Notes under the pieces: model-generated
What the model saw: the letters and a program-made list of their open reading frames with translations, nothing else
Told to the model about the DNA's origin: nothing
Databases searched by the model: none
Position numbers and translations under genes: made by a program
In this document: positions 1 to 8,722 of the stretch, in pieces
Layout: each line of letters starts with the position of its first letter
Numbering within the stretch: the stretch's first letter is position 1
From: Thainema sp.
GTDB lineage: Bacteria > Cyanobacteriota > Cyanobacteriia > Phormidesmidales > Phormidesmidaceae
Direction of reading: 5' to 3'
Length of the DNA stretch: 62,881 bases
NCBI GenBank assembly: GCA_052168235.1
Contig: JBQLZK010000044.1
Location: 1-62,881, forward strand

Positions 1-56
1 GTGTGGCTTTTCCTCTACATTGATCGTACCTTGCCCATTCAGGAATCGCTATATAA

Positions 57-371
57 CTAGAAAACTCTAAAGGGTTCTGATTCTTCCGTGTAGTGAATCG
101 GTAAAACTGACTCCAGATTTTCCGGCGGGTTAGGCACGATGTAGTAAGTTGTGACTTCGGCAAAATTGGGCATTGGCTCAACCGCTGCGATTCCGGCCTT
201 GACGGCTCGCTCCACTTCGGCGACCTGGCCGCGAAATGCCACAAACTGCCGTCCACTTTCCGATCGTTCCTGACAGGCAATCGTGACGCGTCCAGCTTTG
301 ACTCCGGCATCGGCAGCAGCGAGAATGGCTGGAAACGTTTGGGTTTCAATCACGCCAACGGCAATCGGCAT
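57..371 (-). CDS. ccmK: Carboxysome shell protein CcmK paralogue (BMC-H, CcmK3-like)
   Basis: 104 aa BMC domain (AVGVIET..FPAILAAADA.VKAGRVT; YIVPNPPENLESVLPI.YTE). Lacks the KIGS pore motif of CcmK1/2, as CcmK3 does. Confidence 0.85.
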   Translation of the reverse strand: MPIAVGVIETQTFPAILAAADAGVKAGRVTIACQERSESGRQFVAFRGQVAEVERAVKAGIAAVEPMPNFAEVTTYYIVPNPPENLESVLPIHYTEESEPFRVF

Positions 372-424
372 TGTGGTGGCTCCTTCGAGTAAATTCAGTG
401 ATTACGTTATCTTCTGATCCATTA

Positions 425-1012
425 CTATACCTTGATTGCGCTGGGTTCGGTCATGGCGGCGATAATGCGATCGCAACCCGAATCCGGCTTAGCCCACTGA
501 TAGCGATAATCTTTGGGACTACCCCAGCAAAGCCCTAAATACAAATCAGTGCGGGCAATATCCAGTTCGGCCCATTCTGTATTGGCAATCAGATAATGCA
601 CCTGTTCAACTGCGATCGGTTTCGGCTCCATGTCGGCCAGCCAAAACTTCATACCCTGCGTAACCGCCCACCAAAACTCCAGAGCAGCAGCCTTGGACTG
701 CATCAAAATCTCTTTATCACCGGGAATGGCAATCAGCTGATTGTGAATTTCGGGAATGCGAAGCGTATGATTCCCATAGCGACAGTCGCGCCAAACGATA
801 CCGGAGACACTATGCTCGCGCTGATACTCGTGGACTTGAGCGCGAAAATCTTGATAGGCAAAAACTTTACTGAGCTTATTGGTGCCAATAGCTTTGGCAA
901 TCACCGGATTATTGATTCGCTCATCTGAAGACAGCAGCACCCGCTCCCCGCGCCAGTTGGCTCGAAGCTCCTGATCCAAAATCTCAATCAATCGTTGGGT
1001 GGTATAGGTCAT
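425..1012 (-). CDS. Hypothetical protein
   Basis: Long ORF co-oriented with ccmK. ATG at 1012 (MTYTTQRLIEIL) preferred over the TTG at 1048. No recognisable motif. Confidence 0.65.
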   Translation of the reverse strand: MTYTTQRLIEILDQELRANWRGERVLLSSDERINNPVIAKAIGTNKLSKVFAYQDFRAQVHEYQREHSVSGIVWRDCRYGNHTLRIPEIHNQLIAIPGDKEILMQSKAAALEFWWAVTQGMKFWLADMEPKPIAVEQVHYLIANTEWAELDIARTDLYLGLCWGSPKDYRYQWAKPDSGCDRIIAAMTEPSAIKV

Positions 1013-1157
1013 CAGTGGCTGCGGCGCGATGGAACCAGCGTGATGCAAAAGGCTGAAGCAAACGCTGTTAAACTTTGCGTTGTTGAACCTTGTACACCAT
1101 CATAAAAGGGATATCCAGTTTCAAACCGTAAGTTTTGATCAAGTTCCGTTGAAAACT

Positions 1158-1517
1158 ATGCTGAAAAAGCTCCAAAGTGGTCTATTCGTTGGTTTAGGCT
1201 ACATGCTGTCGCCGCTGTCCTGGTGGAATGATCTGTTTTTTAATTTGCCGATCGCCTACATCTTTGGCTATGGGGTGAGCTGGATTCACGGGAGCTGGTT
1301 TATCCCAGGAACGATTATTGGCTACTGGATTTCCAACGTGCTGGGCATCGTGATGATGCAGTGGGGCGCAACGGATCTGCTGTTTGAGGATCGCCCGAAA
1401 AATCTCAAGCGGGATTTGCTAGTCGGCTTGGGCAGTTCAACGCTATATACAATCGCAATTGTTGGTTTGGTCTATTTCCACATCCTGGAATTGCCGCCGT
1501 TTTTGACAAATTTGTAA
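1158..1517 (+). CDS. Hypothetical membrane protein
   Basis: Three to four hydrophobic segments (LSPLSWWNDLFFNLPIAY). ATG at 1158 chosen; the ORF is open from 1080. Confidence 0.65.
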   Translation: MLKKLQSGLFVGLGYMLSPLSWWNDLFFNLPIAYIFGYGVSWIHGSWFIPGTIIGYWISNVLGIVMMQWGATDLLFEDRPKNLKRDLLVGLGSSTLYTIAIVGLVYFHILELPPFLTNL

Positions 1518-1548
1518 CAGGTATATGTTGGGTTAGAACACGAGTCTG

Positions 1549-1642
1549 TGGGGCGATGCATTTAGCCAATTCATGGCGATGCATTTAGCCAATTCATTTA
1601 GACTGTGGCAATAACATCCCGAGCAAATGCATCGCCCCTGCA
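1549..1642. repeat. REP-like inverted repeat containing a 23-bp tandem duplication
   Basis: GGGGCGATGCATTT...AAATGCATCGCCCC arms. GGCGATGCATTTAGCCAATTCAT occurs at 1552-1574 and 1575-1597. Confidence 0.7.
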
Positions 1643-1651
1643 AGGTGGGCA

Positions 1652-2053
1652 TCAACCCATCAAAATCACGTTGTCAATAACGTGAATCATGCCGTTATCA
1701 GCTTCAATATCGGCGGCGACAACGGTGGCATTTTTCACCTCAAAGTTTTCGCCGACCTTGACGCGGATGGGGGCACCTTCAACGGAGGTTAGAGTGTCTA
1801 CCTTGGCGATGTCTTCGCGGCTGAGCTTGCCCATTACAACGTGATATTTGAGGATACGAGCTAGTTGAGGAGGGTTTTCGACTAGCGTTTGTACAGTTCC
1901 GGGTGGCAGCTTAGCAAAAGCATCATCGACGGGGGCGAAGACGGTGAAGGGGCCGGGGCTTTGCAGCACTTCAACCAGGTCAGCAGCTTGAACAGCAGCG
2001 ACCAGGGTTTTAAAGGAATCGTTGCTAACGGCGATTTCGACGATGTTGGGCAT
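1652..2053 (-). CDS. cupS: Fasciclin-domain protein CupS (NDH-1_3 subunit)
   Basis: FAS1 motifs ([29 protein letters not shown]). Lies downstream of cupA. ATG at 2053. Confidence 0.88.
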   Translation of the reverse strand: MPNIVEIAVSNDSFKTLVAAVQAADLVEVLQSPGPFTVFAPVDDAFAKLPPGTVQTLVENPPQLARILKYHVVMGKLSREDIAKVDTLTSVEGAPIRVKVGENFEVKNATVVAADIEADNGMIHVIDNVILMG

Positions 2054-2100
2054 GGCTGATCTCCAGTAAAGCTGATGGATTAGAAAGTTATCTGCTGACA

Positions 2101-2190
2101 AAAACCGTTGCTTTTTGGGGGCACTGCCCCAAACCTGCGCTGAGAGAGCGTCACGTCCCCCAGCCCCCCCTCCGAAAAACTAGTCTGTTT
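2101..2190. repeat. About 90-bp GC-rich MITE-like repeat, copy 1
   Basis: Co-linear similarity to 6053-6144 (AAACC..TTGGGGGC..CCCC..CGCTG.GAGA..CGTCCCCCAG.CCC.CTCCGAAAAA..CTGTTT). Confidence 0.6.
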
Positions 2191-2216
2191 AGGATTCAAA
2201 GATTAGGGGGTTAGTG

Positions 2217-2287
2217 GTAGGGGCAAATGGCATTTGCCCTGTCAGGTCGTTGGGTTGGGTGGTAGGGAAAATGGTATTCGCCCTGTC
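2217..2287. repeat. Two GTAG-type REP-like palindromes
   Basis: GTAGGGGCAAATGGCATTTGCCCTGTC at 2217 and the degenerate GTAGGGAAAATGGTATTCGCCCTGTC at 2262. Confidence 0.7.
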
Positions 2288-2354
2288 GGGTGGGACAAAA
2301 TGATTTAGCTTTTGTGATGGGTTTGATAGACGGCTAGACTATCGGTTGCGATGT

Positions 2355-2564
2355 CTAGGGGGGGATGGTTGACGGGGATAGAGGCAGAGGAGATGTGGAC
2401 GGCGGCGGCAATAAAGCCAGCCGTGACAAAATATGGCAGAGCTGCTGCTGAGTGCGGCTTTGGAGGCCGTCTAGGTCAGACAGGTGGGTGGAATTGGAAT
2501 GCGATCGCAAAATTGCATTCAGTTTAAAAAGTGCGATCGCAAGCATCCCTACAAGTTCCATCAC
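2355..2564 (-). CDS. Possible small hypothetical protein between cupA and cupS
   Basis: 69 aa ORF with GAGGAG 6 nt before the GTG start, 25 nt after the cupA stop. No known motif. Confidence 0.3.
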   Translation of the reverse strand: MMELVGMLAIALFKLNAILRSHSNSTHLSDLDGLQSRTQQQLCHILSRLALLPPPSTSPLPLSPSTIPP

Positions 2565-2589
2565 ACCTTACTCCTCTCGCCTCACTTGC

Positions 2590-3885
2590 CTACCGATAAT
2601 CCTGAGTTTGAATATCCATCAGACGGGCCTCTGGTCGCTTAAACCGATCCATCTGGGCTTCAAAGAATTCGCGGTTGGCTTTTAGGTGCTCAGGATTTGG
2701 ATCATCTAGCGGATAGAGCAGCGCAGTACGCAACGCTTGAATCACCGCCGAGGTGACGCAGTACATCGAGCGCTGAAAGCTGATGCCGAGCTGAATCAGC
2801 ATGTCGTCTTCGCCGCGACAGTGCTGCTGATACTCTTCGATCAGGAAATCGGGCAGGAAGTGCAGCATGTCCTGCATCAGCAGCGTAGGTGGAATTCCCG
2901 CAGAACCAACCGGGAAGACATCCGCGTAGAGAATGCCGTAGTGGAAATCATGCTGATCGTCAGGTACTTGGTTCAACTGGGCGTTGTAGGACTTGGTGCC
3001 CCGGAACGGTGCCGTGCGGTAGAACACCGCTTCCACGTAGGGCAGCGCCGCTTCATAGAGCCAGGTGAATCCGGCGGACTTGGGAATAATTTCGTAGCAC
3101 TCGCCCTTGATGTAGACGTGGTGGTAGATGGGGCGACCCGCCACCGCAAAGATACCGTTCACGAGGAAATCCATTGCTTCCGGGACGCTGGCAATGGTGC
3201 CTTCCAGGTAGCGGTCGTACATCTCAAAAAAGACCGGAGCCATCACTTCCCAGAACAGACCCAGGTTGGCATAGTAGGACATCCGCCGCACCTGCTCCAC
3301 AAACATATCGGGGAATAGCTTGTAGAGAGCGAGCATAACCGGATTGCCTTTGAAGTAGGCTTTAATGGCGCGATCGCAGTTTTGCCGATATTCGTCACTG
3401 TCGAGAAAATCATTGAACCGTCCGCCCATATCCTGATGCCAGAACATCGCCTGCATACAGGCTTCGGCAAACTCCATGTTGATCCGGTCGTGCCACAGGT
3501 GATGTAGCAGTTTGGGCAGCTTGCGTTTCACTTCCCCCTTTTCCATGAACTCCAGCAGTTCGGGGTGCGCCTTGTCGGTGCCGCGCCAGATGCGGGGACT
3601 GCCGTTTTCGCCTGCGTATTGGTTGGGCCGATCCAGGTATTCCTTGGGCAGAAAGTACTTGAAAAACGGCGTCGGATCAAGAAACACATGCTCGGCGATA
3701 TAGAGCAAATCCCGCCAGTAGAAGTCCATCGGTACGGCATAGGCTTTATAGATGCCGATAATTTGCTTCAGATTATCCGGCGTGTCAGGCAGCATTGCGC
3801 CGCCAGCTTCGAGCCGATGGATAATTTCAGCATACTGGTGGGTGGATGGGGGGAGCTTTGTTGGAGTTTCGAGAGCGGTGTTCAT
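2590..3885 (-). CDS. cupA: CO2 hydration protein CupA (ChpY)
   Basis: 431 aa. HLWHDRINMEFAEACM and GSAGIPPTLLMQDMLHFLP motifs; context with ndhF3, ndhD3 and cupS. Confidence 0.93.
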   Translation of the reverse strand: MNTALETPTKLPPSTHQYAEIIHRLEAGGAMLPDTPDNLKQIIGIYKAYAVPMDFYWRDLLYIAEHVFLDPTPFFKYFLPKEYLDRPNQYAGENGSPRIWRGTDKAHPELLEFMEKGEVKRKLPKLLHHLWHDRINMEFAEACMQAMFWHQDMGGRFNDFLDSDEYRQNCDRAIKAYFKGNPVMLALYKLFPDMFVEQVRRMSYYANLGLFWEVMAPVFFEMYDRYLEGTIASVPEAMDFLVNGIFAVAGRPIYHHVYIKGECYEIIPKSAGFTWLYEAALPYVEAVFYRTAPFRGTKSYNAQLNQVPDDQHDFHYGILYADVFPVGSAGIPPTLLMQDMLHFLPDFLIEEYQQHCRGEDDMLIQLGISFQRSMYCVTSAVIQALRTALLYPLDDPNPEHLKANREFFEAQMDRFKRPEARLMDIQTQDYR

Positions 3886-3912
3886 GATTCGTTAGACGTT
3901 AGGAGATCAACA

Positions 3913-4344
3913 ATGGGAAAGAAGGCGAAGATTCGGGCTATTGCGCTGTGTGTGTTGCGAAATTGCGATCGCATTTTAGTTGCTAAGGGATTTGATCCGC
4001 AGAAGCAGGAGTCGTTCTATCGACCGTTGGGCGGCGGGATTGATTTTGGGGAAACGAGCCAGGATGCAGCCGTGCGAGAGATCAAAGAAGAATTGGATGT
4101 GGACATCTGTAAGCCGCAGTTGCTAGGGGTATTTGAGAACATCTTTGTCTATGAGGGCCAGCCTGGGCACGAAATTGTGTTTGTTTACGATGCCAAGCTG
4201 GTGGATGAGTCGCTGTATGAACGGTCATCGCTGCTGGCGTTGGAAGGAGAGCGTCAGTTTGAGGCTCAGTGGGTGGCTTTGTCAGAGATTGCGGCAGGTG
4301 ATATTCCGCTGTACCCCACAGGGTTGTTAGACATCCTGCTGTAG
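3913..4344 (+). CDS. NUDIX hydrolase
   Basis: Nudix box GGGIDFGETSQDAAVREIKEEL. AGGAGA RBS at 3901, ATG at 3913. The longer ORF from 3565 overlaps cupA. Confidence 0.88.
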   Translation: MGKKAKIRAIALCVLRNCDRILVAKGFDPQKQESFYRPLGGGIDFGETSQDAAVREIKEELDVDICKPQLLGVFENIFVYEGQPGHEIVFVYDAKLVDESLYERSSLLALEGERQFEAQWVALSEIAAGDIPLYPTGLLDILL

Positions 4345-4368
4345 GGGCGTTTGGCCAAACGCCCCTAC
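4341..4368. repeat. GTAG-type REP palindrome overlapping the NUDIX stop codon
   Basis: GTAGGGGCGTTTGGCCAAACGCCCCTAC is a perfect 28-bp palindrome. Confidence 0.8.
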
Positions 4369-4379
4369 GTAGCGCGCCA

Positions 4380-5906
4380 TTAATCAACCAGCATCGACAC
4401 TTCTGCTGCAGGTACCTCAACTGGTTCCTTTGCGACCTGAGTTGTCGTTGGGACTGCTGCCACCATTGCCGTTGTTGTCGGTTCAGTCCAGCGGGTCAAC
4501 CATTGGGGTTGAACGCCTAGGAACAGGATGAGGCCAGTCAACACCAGCGCTGGGAACGTCTCATCGAAGGTCACTTTCGGGAAGTAGGCAATCTTGTTAT
4601 CCAGCTTGCCGAAGCAGGTGCGGTTGAGCAGAATCACGAAGTACACCGCCGTCAGACCTGTACCAATCACCGCCAAAATTGTCTGCACTGGGAACTGAGC
4701 ATAGCTGCCCTGAAAAACCATAAACTCGGCGATGAAACCAACTAGGCCCGGAATACCCGCACTGGCCATTGCACCCACAACCAGCAGCGCACTAATCAGC
4801 GGCAAGCCCCGAATCGGGTTCATCAACCCATTGAGAACATCCAGTTCTCGCGTGCCAACCTTGGCTTCAACCACACCAACCAAGTGGAACAGCAGCGCCA
4901 AAATCAAGCCATGCGCCACCATCTGCGAAACCGCTCCGACCGTGCTCAAAGCCGTTAGCGCGGCACCACCGAGCAGGATGTAACCCATGTGGCCGATAGA
5001 GCTGTAAGCCACCATTCGCTTGATATCTTTTTGTGCGATCGCAGCTGCCGCACCGTACAGAACGCTAACCACAGCCCAAACCGCTAACCAGGGCGAAATC
5101 TGGCTCCAGGCTTCGGGGAACAGGCTTAAACCGAACCGGAAGATACCGTATGCACCAAGTTTTGCCAGAACGCCACCCAGCAGAATCGCAACCGGAGTAG
5201 ACGCGGCCACATAGGTATCCGGCAACCAGGTGTGGAAGGGAACCAGGGGAATCTTGATGCCAAAGCCAATGATGATTGCCGTCAGCAAGAGCGCTTGCAG
5301 ACTAAGCGGTAGATCCTGCCCCATCAAGACTTCGTAGTTAAAGCTGGACGCACCGCTCAGCCAAACCAGTCCCAGAAATCCAGCCAGAATCATTGCACCA
5401 GAGACAGCGGTATAGAGCAAAAATTTGGTTGCGGCATAGCCCCGCTTTTCTTCACCCCAGATGGAAATCAGCAGGTAGAACGGCACCAGTTCGATTTCGT
5501 AGAACAGGAAGAAGAGCAGCAGGTTTTGGGCCAGAAACGCACCCGCGACGCCGCCACAAACCAGCAGCACTAGCGAGTAAAACAGACGGGGCCGGGGTGT
5601 ATCTTTACGGCTGCTGTAGATAGCAATCCAGGTGAGGAAGGTATTGAGTACGACCAGCACTAATGACAAACCATCAACGCCAAGTTTGTAGTCTAGCCCT
5701 AACCGATCCAGCCAAGGCAGGGTTTCCTGGAATTGAAACCCCGGATCGGCCACGTTGAAGTTGGTCAATACGGCGAGCGACCAGAGGAAGGTGATACCTG
5801 CGATCGCAAGTGCGGCTTGCCGAATCCGCTGAGTCGGGATGCTTTGGGGCAGAAAGCCCAGAATCGCGGCTCCTATGATGGGTATCCAAATCAGTGTGCT
5901 AAGCAT
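4380..5906 (-). CDS. ndhD3: NAD(P)H-quinone oxidoreductase subunit D3 (NuoM-like)
   Basis: 508 aa antiporter-like subunit (GIKIPLVPFHTWLPD; KRMVAYSSIGHMG) in the cupA cluster. Confidence 0.9.
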   Translation of the reverse strand: MLSTLIWIPIIGAAILGFLPQSIPTQRIRQAALAIAGITFLWSLAVLTNFNVADPGFQFQETLPWLDRLGLDYKLGVDGLSLVLVVLNTFLTWIAIYSSRKDTPRPRLFYSLVLLVCGGVAGAFLAQNLLLFFLFYEIELVPFYLLISIWGEEKRGYAATKFLLYTAVSGAMILAGFLGLVWLSGASSFNYEVLMGQDLPLSLQALLLTAIIIGFGIKIPLVPFHTWLPDTYVAASTPVAILLGGVLAKLGAYGIFRFGLSLFPEAWSQISPWLAVWAVVSVLYGAAAAIAQKDIKRMVAYSSIGHMGYILLGGAALTALSTVGAVSQMVAHGLILALLFHLVGVVEAKVGTRELDVLNGLMNPIRGLPLISALLVVGAMASAGIPGLVGFIAEFMVFQGSYAQFPVQTILAVIGTGLTAVYFVILLNRTCFGKLDNKIAYFPKVTFDETFPALVLTGLILFLGVQPQWLTRWTEPTTTAMVAAVPTTTQVAKEPVEVPAAEVSMLVD

Positions 5907-5933
5907 GGTTTTGGCTCGTTCAGGATGTTATCG

Positions 5934-6011
5934 GTAGGGGCAAATAGTATTTGCCCTATCAACAGGTGAGTCAAATCGTAGGTTGGGTTGGGTTGAGGTA
6001 CGAAACCCAAC
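5934..6011. repeat. Two REP-like elements
   Basis: GTAGGGGCAAATAGTATTTGCCCT at 5934 and GTAGGTTGGGTTGGGTTGAGGTACGAAACCCAAC at 5978. Confidence 0.65.
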
Positions 6012-6052
6012 GTTTGGCTGGTATTTCGTTCTCTATTAAATGGGTGTGAATC

Positions 6053-6144
6053 AAACCAGTTACTTTCTTGGGGGCGCTTACCCCCACCTCCCCGCTGGGA
6101 GACGAGTCGCGTCCCCCAGGCCCACTCCGAAAAATAACCTGTTT
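6053..6144. repeat. About 90-bp GC-rich MITE-like repeat, copy 2
   Basis: Imperfect terminal inverted repeats AAACCAGTTA / TAACCTGTTT. Similar to 2101-2190. Confidence 0.6.
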
Positions 6145-6170
6145 GGTGGTTAAGGGTTGGGGTTGTTTAC

Positions 6171-6220
6171 GGGCAAACGATTCATTTGCCGTGTACGTAG
6201 GGGCGAATTGCCATTCGCCC
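6171..6220. repeat. REP-like palindrome pair
   Basis: GGGCAAACGATTCATTTGCC followed by GTAGGGGCGAATTGCCATTCGCCC at 6197. Confidence 0.65.
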
Positions 6221-6244
6221 TTGGACACCGTTATGGCACTATCA

Positions 6245-8107
6245 TCACGGCACAACGGTGAGTAACAGTTGCAGTTGCTGAGAGAGGAATGTCCAGTTGA
6301 CGGCGATGGTGATGACAGCGACCCAGAAGGTGATGGATAGGAGGTAAAACTGGGTGCGGCCCGTGTTGCCGTACTTGAGGGTTTCGCCGCCAAAGAGGGA
6401 GGCTAGACCGACGAAGTTCACCAGACCATCGACGAAGTAGCGGTCAAACCAGTCCGTCAGTCGTGAAATCACGTCTACGCCCATGACAATGCTGGATCGA
6501 TACAGCTTCGGCGTGTAGAAGTCGTAAGCCAGTAGATTACGCAACGGTTTCCAGACAATGCCGATTGGCTTTTCAATATTGGGATTGAAGTAGAGTAAAG
6601 CTGCGATCGCACCACCGTTAATGCTCGACCAGACCAGTACCAGTCCTAAATCCGTTGTCCAAGGGAATGAAACGTTCAAGGTGGCCAGCACCAGCGGCAT
6701 GTGGAGGACAAAGCCCACCAGAATCACAGTGGGAATCGTTTGCTCCCAGTTCACTTCAGTGGAGCGAATCGTCATCTGCTGGGGCTTGCCAGCAAAGATG
6801 AGGGCAAACGCGCGCACCATGCTGAACGTAGTCAAACCATTCGCGACGAGCAGGACACCTGACCAGACGGGGCTAATTTCCCACAGTCCATTTAAGAGTT
6901 CCATCATGGCCCAGAAGCCACCAAAGGGAGGCAGGGCGATCAAGCCCATTGCGCCGACAGTAAACGCCAGACCCGTTACAGGGCGACGGCTCCAGAGGCC
7001 GCCCAACTGAGTGATGTTCTGCGTGATGCAATTAATAATGATGTTACCGATGCTCATCACCAAGAGCGCCATTGCCACTGCATGGGAGAGCAAAAGGAGA
7101 TAGGCCGCTTCCGTTTGCTGCGTACCGACCGCAACAAAGACCAGCCCCATAAAAGCGCTGACGGTATAGGACAGAATCCGCTTCACGTCCACCTGCGCGA
7201 TCGCAATTAAGCTGCCGCCAATTGCCGTTACTGCACCAATTGCGATCGCAACTGTCGAGGCAACGGGAGACAACGCCAAAACTGGCTCCAATCGAATCAG
7301 AACCCACGCCCCGGTCGCAACGACCACCGAGTTCCGCAGAATCGTGCTGGGCAGTGGACCTTCCATCGCCTCATCTAGCCAGAGGTGCAGCGGGAACTGA
7401 GCGCACTTACCCATTGGTCCCGCAATCAGCGCCAAACCAAGCAGCGTTGCTCCTGTGGCATTCAGCGTAGATGTTTGCGCCCAAATGGCCAGTTCATCAA
7501 AATTCCAGGTACCAGCTAAGGGATACAGCGCTAGTACACCCATGAGCAACAGCAAGTCACCAACCCGCTTGGTCAAAAACGCATCTCGCGCCCCCGTGAC
7601 CACCTGCGACTGGTTGAACCAAAAGCCAACGAGCAGATACGTACCCAGCGTGAGGATTTCCAGCACGATGTAGCTGAAGAAGAGGGAATTGCACAGAATC
7701 AGCGCACACATCCCGGCTTCAAACAGCGCCATTAGCGTATAGAACCGTCCCCAAGCCCAATCCATCTGCAAGTAGCCCATTGCGTAAAGCTGAGCCAGAC
7801 AGTTAAGCCCGGTTACGAGTGTGATTGCACCCAGCGTGATAGCTGACAGTTCAAAGGACAGATTCAAACTGAGATCTGCGACGGTCAGCCAGGTGAACTG
7901 AATAAACTGCGGCGGTTCATCCCACAGGACACCAAGGGCAATGGCACCATGAATGAACGCCACCAGCGTCATGATGAAATTAATGTATCCGGCAGGTCGT
8001 GGCCCCGTCCGGCGAATAATGGCGGGCGACCACAAGATTGATAACAGCATCCCGATAAAGGGATAGCTGGGAATCAACCAACTGGTTTGAGCAAGAAACT
8101 GCAACAT
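6245..8107 (-). CDS. ndhF3: NAD(P)H-quinone oxidoreductase subunit F3 (NuoL-like)
   Basis: 620 aa; RRTGPRPAGY and GKCAQFPLHLWLDEAMEGP motifs. First gene of the cupA cluster. Confidence 0.9.
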   Translation of the reverse strand: MLQFLAQTSWLIPSYPFIGMLLSILWSPAIIRRTGPRPAGYINFIMTLVAFIHGAIALGVLWDEPPQFIQFTWLTVADLSLNLSFELSAITLGAITLVTGLNCLAQLYAMGYLQMDWAWGRFYTLMALFEAGMCALILCNSLFFSYIVLEILTLGTYLLVGFWFNQSQVVTGARDAFLTKRVGDLLLLMGVLALYPLAGTWNFDELAIWAQTSTLNATGATLLGLALIAGPMGKCAQFPLHLWLDEAMEGPLPSTILRNSVVVATGAWVLIRLEPVLALSPVASTVAIAIGAVTAIGGSLIAIAQVDVKRILSYTVSAFMGLVFVAVGTQQTEAAYLLLLSHAVAMALLVMSIGNIIINCITQNITQLGGLWSRRPVTGLAFTVGAMGLIALPPFGGFWAMMELLNGLWEISPVWSGVLLVANGLTTFSMVRAFALIFAGKPQQMTIRSTEVNWEQTIPTVILVGFVLHMPLVLATLNVSFPWTTDLGLVLVWSSINGGAIAALLYFNPNIEKPIGIVWKPLRNLLAYDFYTPKLYRSSIVMGVDVISRLTDWFDRYFVDGLVNFVGLASLFGGETLKYGNTGRTQFYLLSITFWVAVITIAVNWTFLSQQLQLLLTVVP

Positions 8108-8143
8108 GGGCTCTAAGATCTCTCGACAGAACTGCGCCTCTTC

Positions 8144-8232
8144 TTAAGCCAGGGTGCAAGAACCTACTTTCTCTAAAAGGCTTGCGATGCAAGCCTTTTA
8201 GAGAAAAATATAATTCTTCAACCTGACTTGAT
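8144..8232. mobile_element. MITE-like element with an 18-bp perfect hairpin in the ndhF3 leader
   Basis: Imperfect TIRs TTAAGCCAGGGTGCAAGAA / TTCTTCAACCTGACTTGAT. Arms 8168-8185 and 8189-8206, loop GAT. Confidence 0.5.
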
Positions 8233-8362
8233 CATGTTCTCTATCCAACTGAAATTTCTGAACGTTTGTTGTGATGATAGTAGGATAAACAATGTCAACG
8301 CTTCACAACAAATTCAGTAGTTTCTCGGGATGGATTGGAACGCCATCTGCGATCGCAGATGG

Positions 8363-8409
8363 ATAGAAATAAGTCAATACCTAGATAGGGTAGATTGAGT
8401 TTAGTCTAT
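8363..8409. promoter_or_regulatory. Pair of putative NdhR (CcmR) LysR-type operators upstream of ndhF3
   Basis: ATAG-N8-CAAT (8363-8378) and ATTG-N8-CTAT (8394-8409), each one mismatch from ATAG-N8-CTAT. The ndhF3 operon is an established NdhR target. Confidence 0.6.
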
Positions 8410-8722
8410 CTCTTTTAAAAGAGTCTAACGTCTCTTGCGGCTCATTCCAAGGGAATTACAGCGATTTTCCCTCTCATTTTTTTAATCAGTCTCTTAGGAA
8501 TTGTTTATAGATTAAACTCTGGCCTTGCCATTTAATACATTGGCTTAACTCTATCCATGCTTTCACGTTCCGTATCTTAAAACGCCACTGATCCCCAATT
8601 CCCCATTCAAAATCGCCAATCCAAAATTTCCATCCGCCGTGACACTTCATTGCGTATGTTCACCGACCCTCGATCTTTACGAGACAATAGAAGTAGCGGT
8701 AACGTCACAGGAGGATAAGCCC

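Noticed and set aside
3565..3912. N-terminal extension of the NUDIX ORF to 259 aa
   Set aside because: It overlaps cupA antisense. An RBS and ATG at 3901-3915 give a normal-sized NUDIX protein.
5971..6393. 140-aa ORF between ndhF3 and ndhD3
   Set aside because: It overlaps the ndhF3 3' end out of frame and runs through REP/MITE sequence; the composition is not protein-like.
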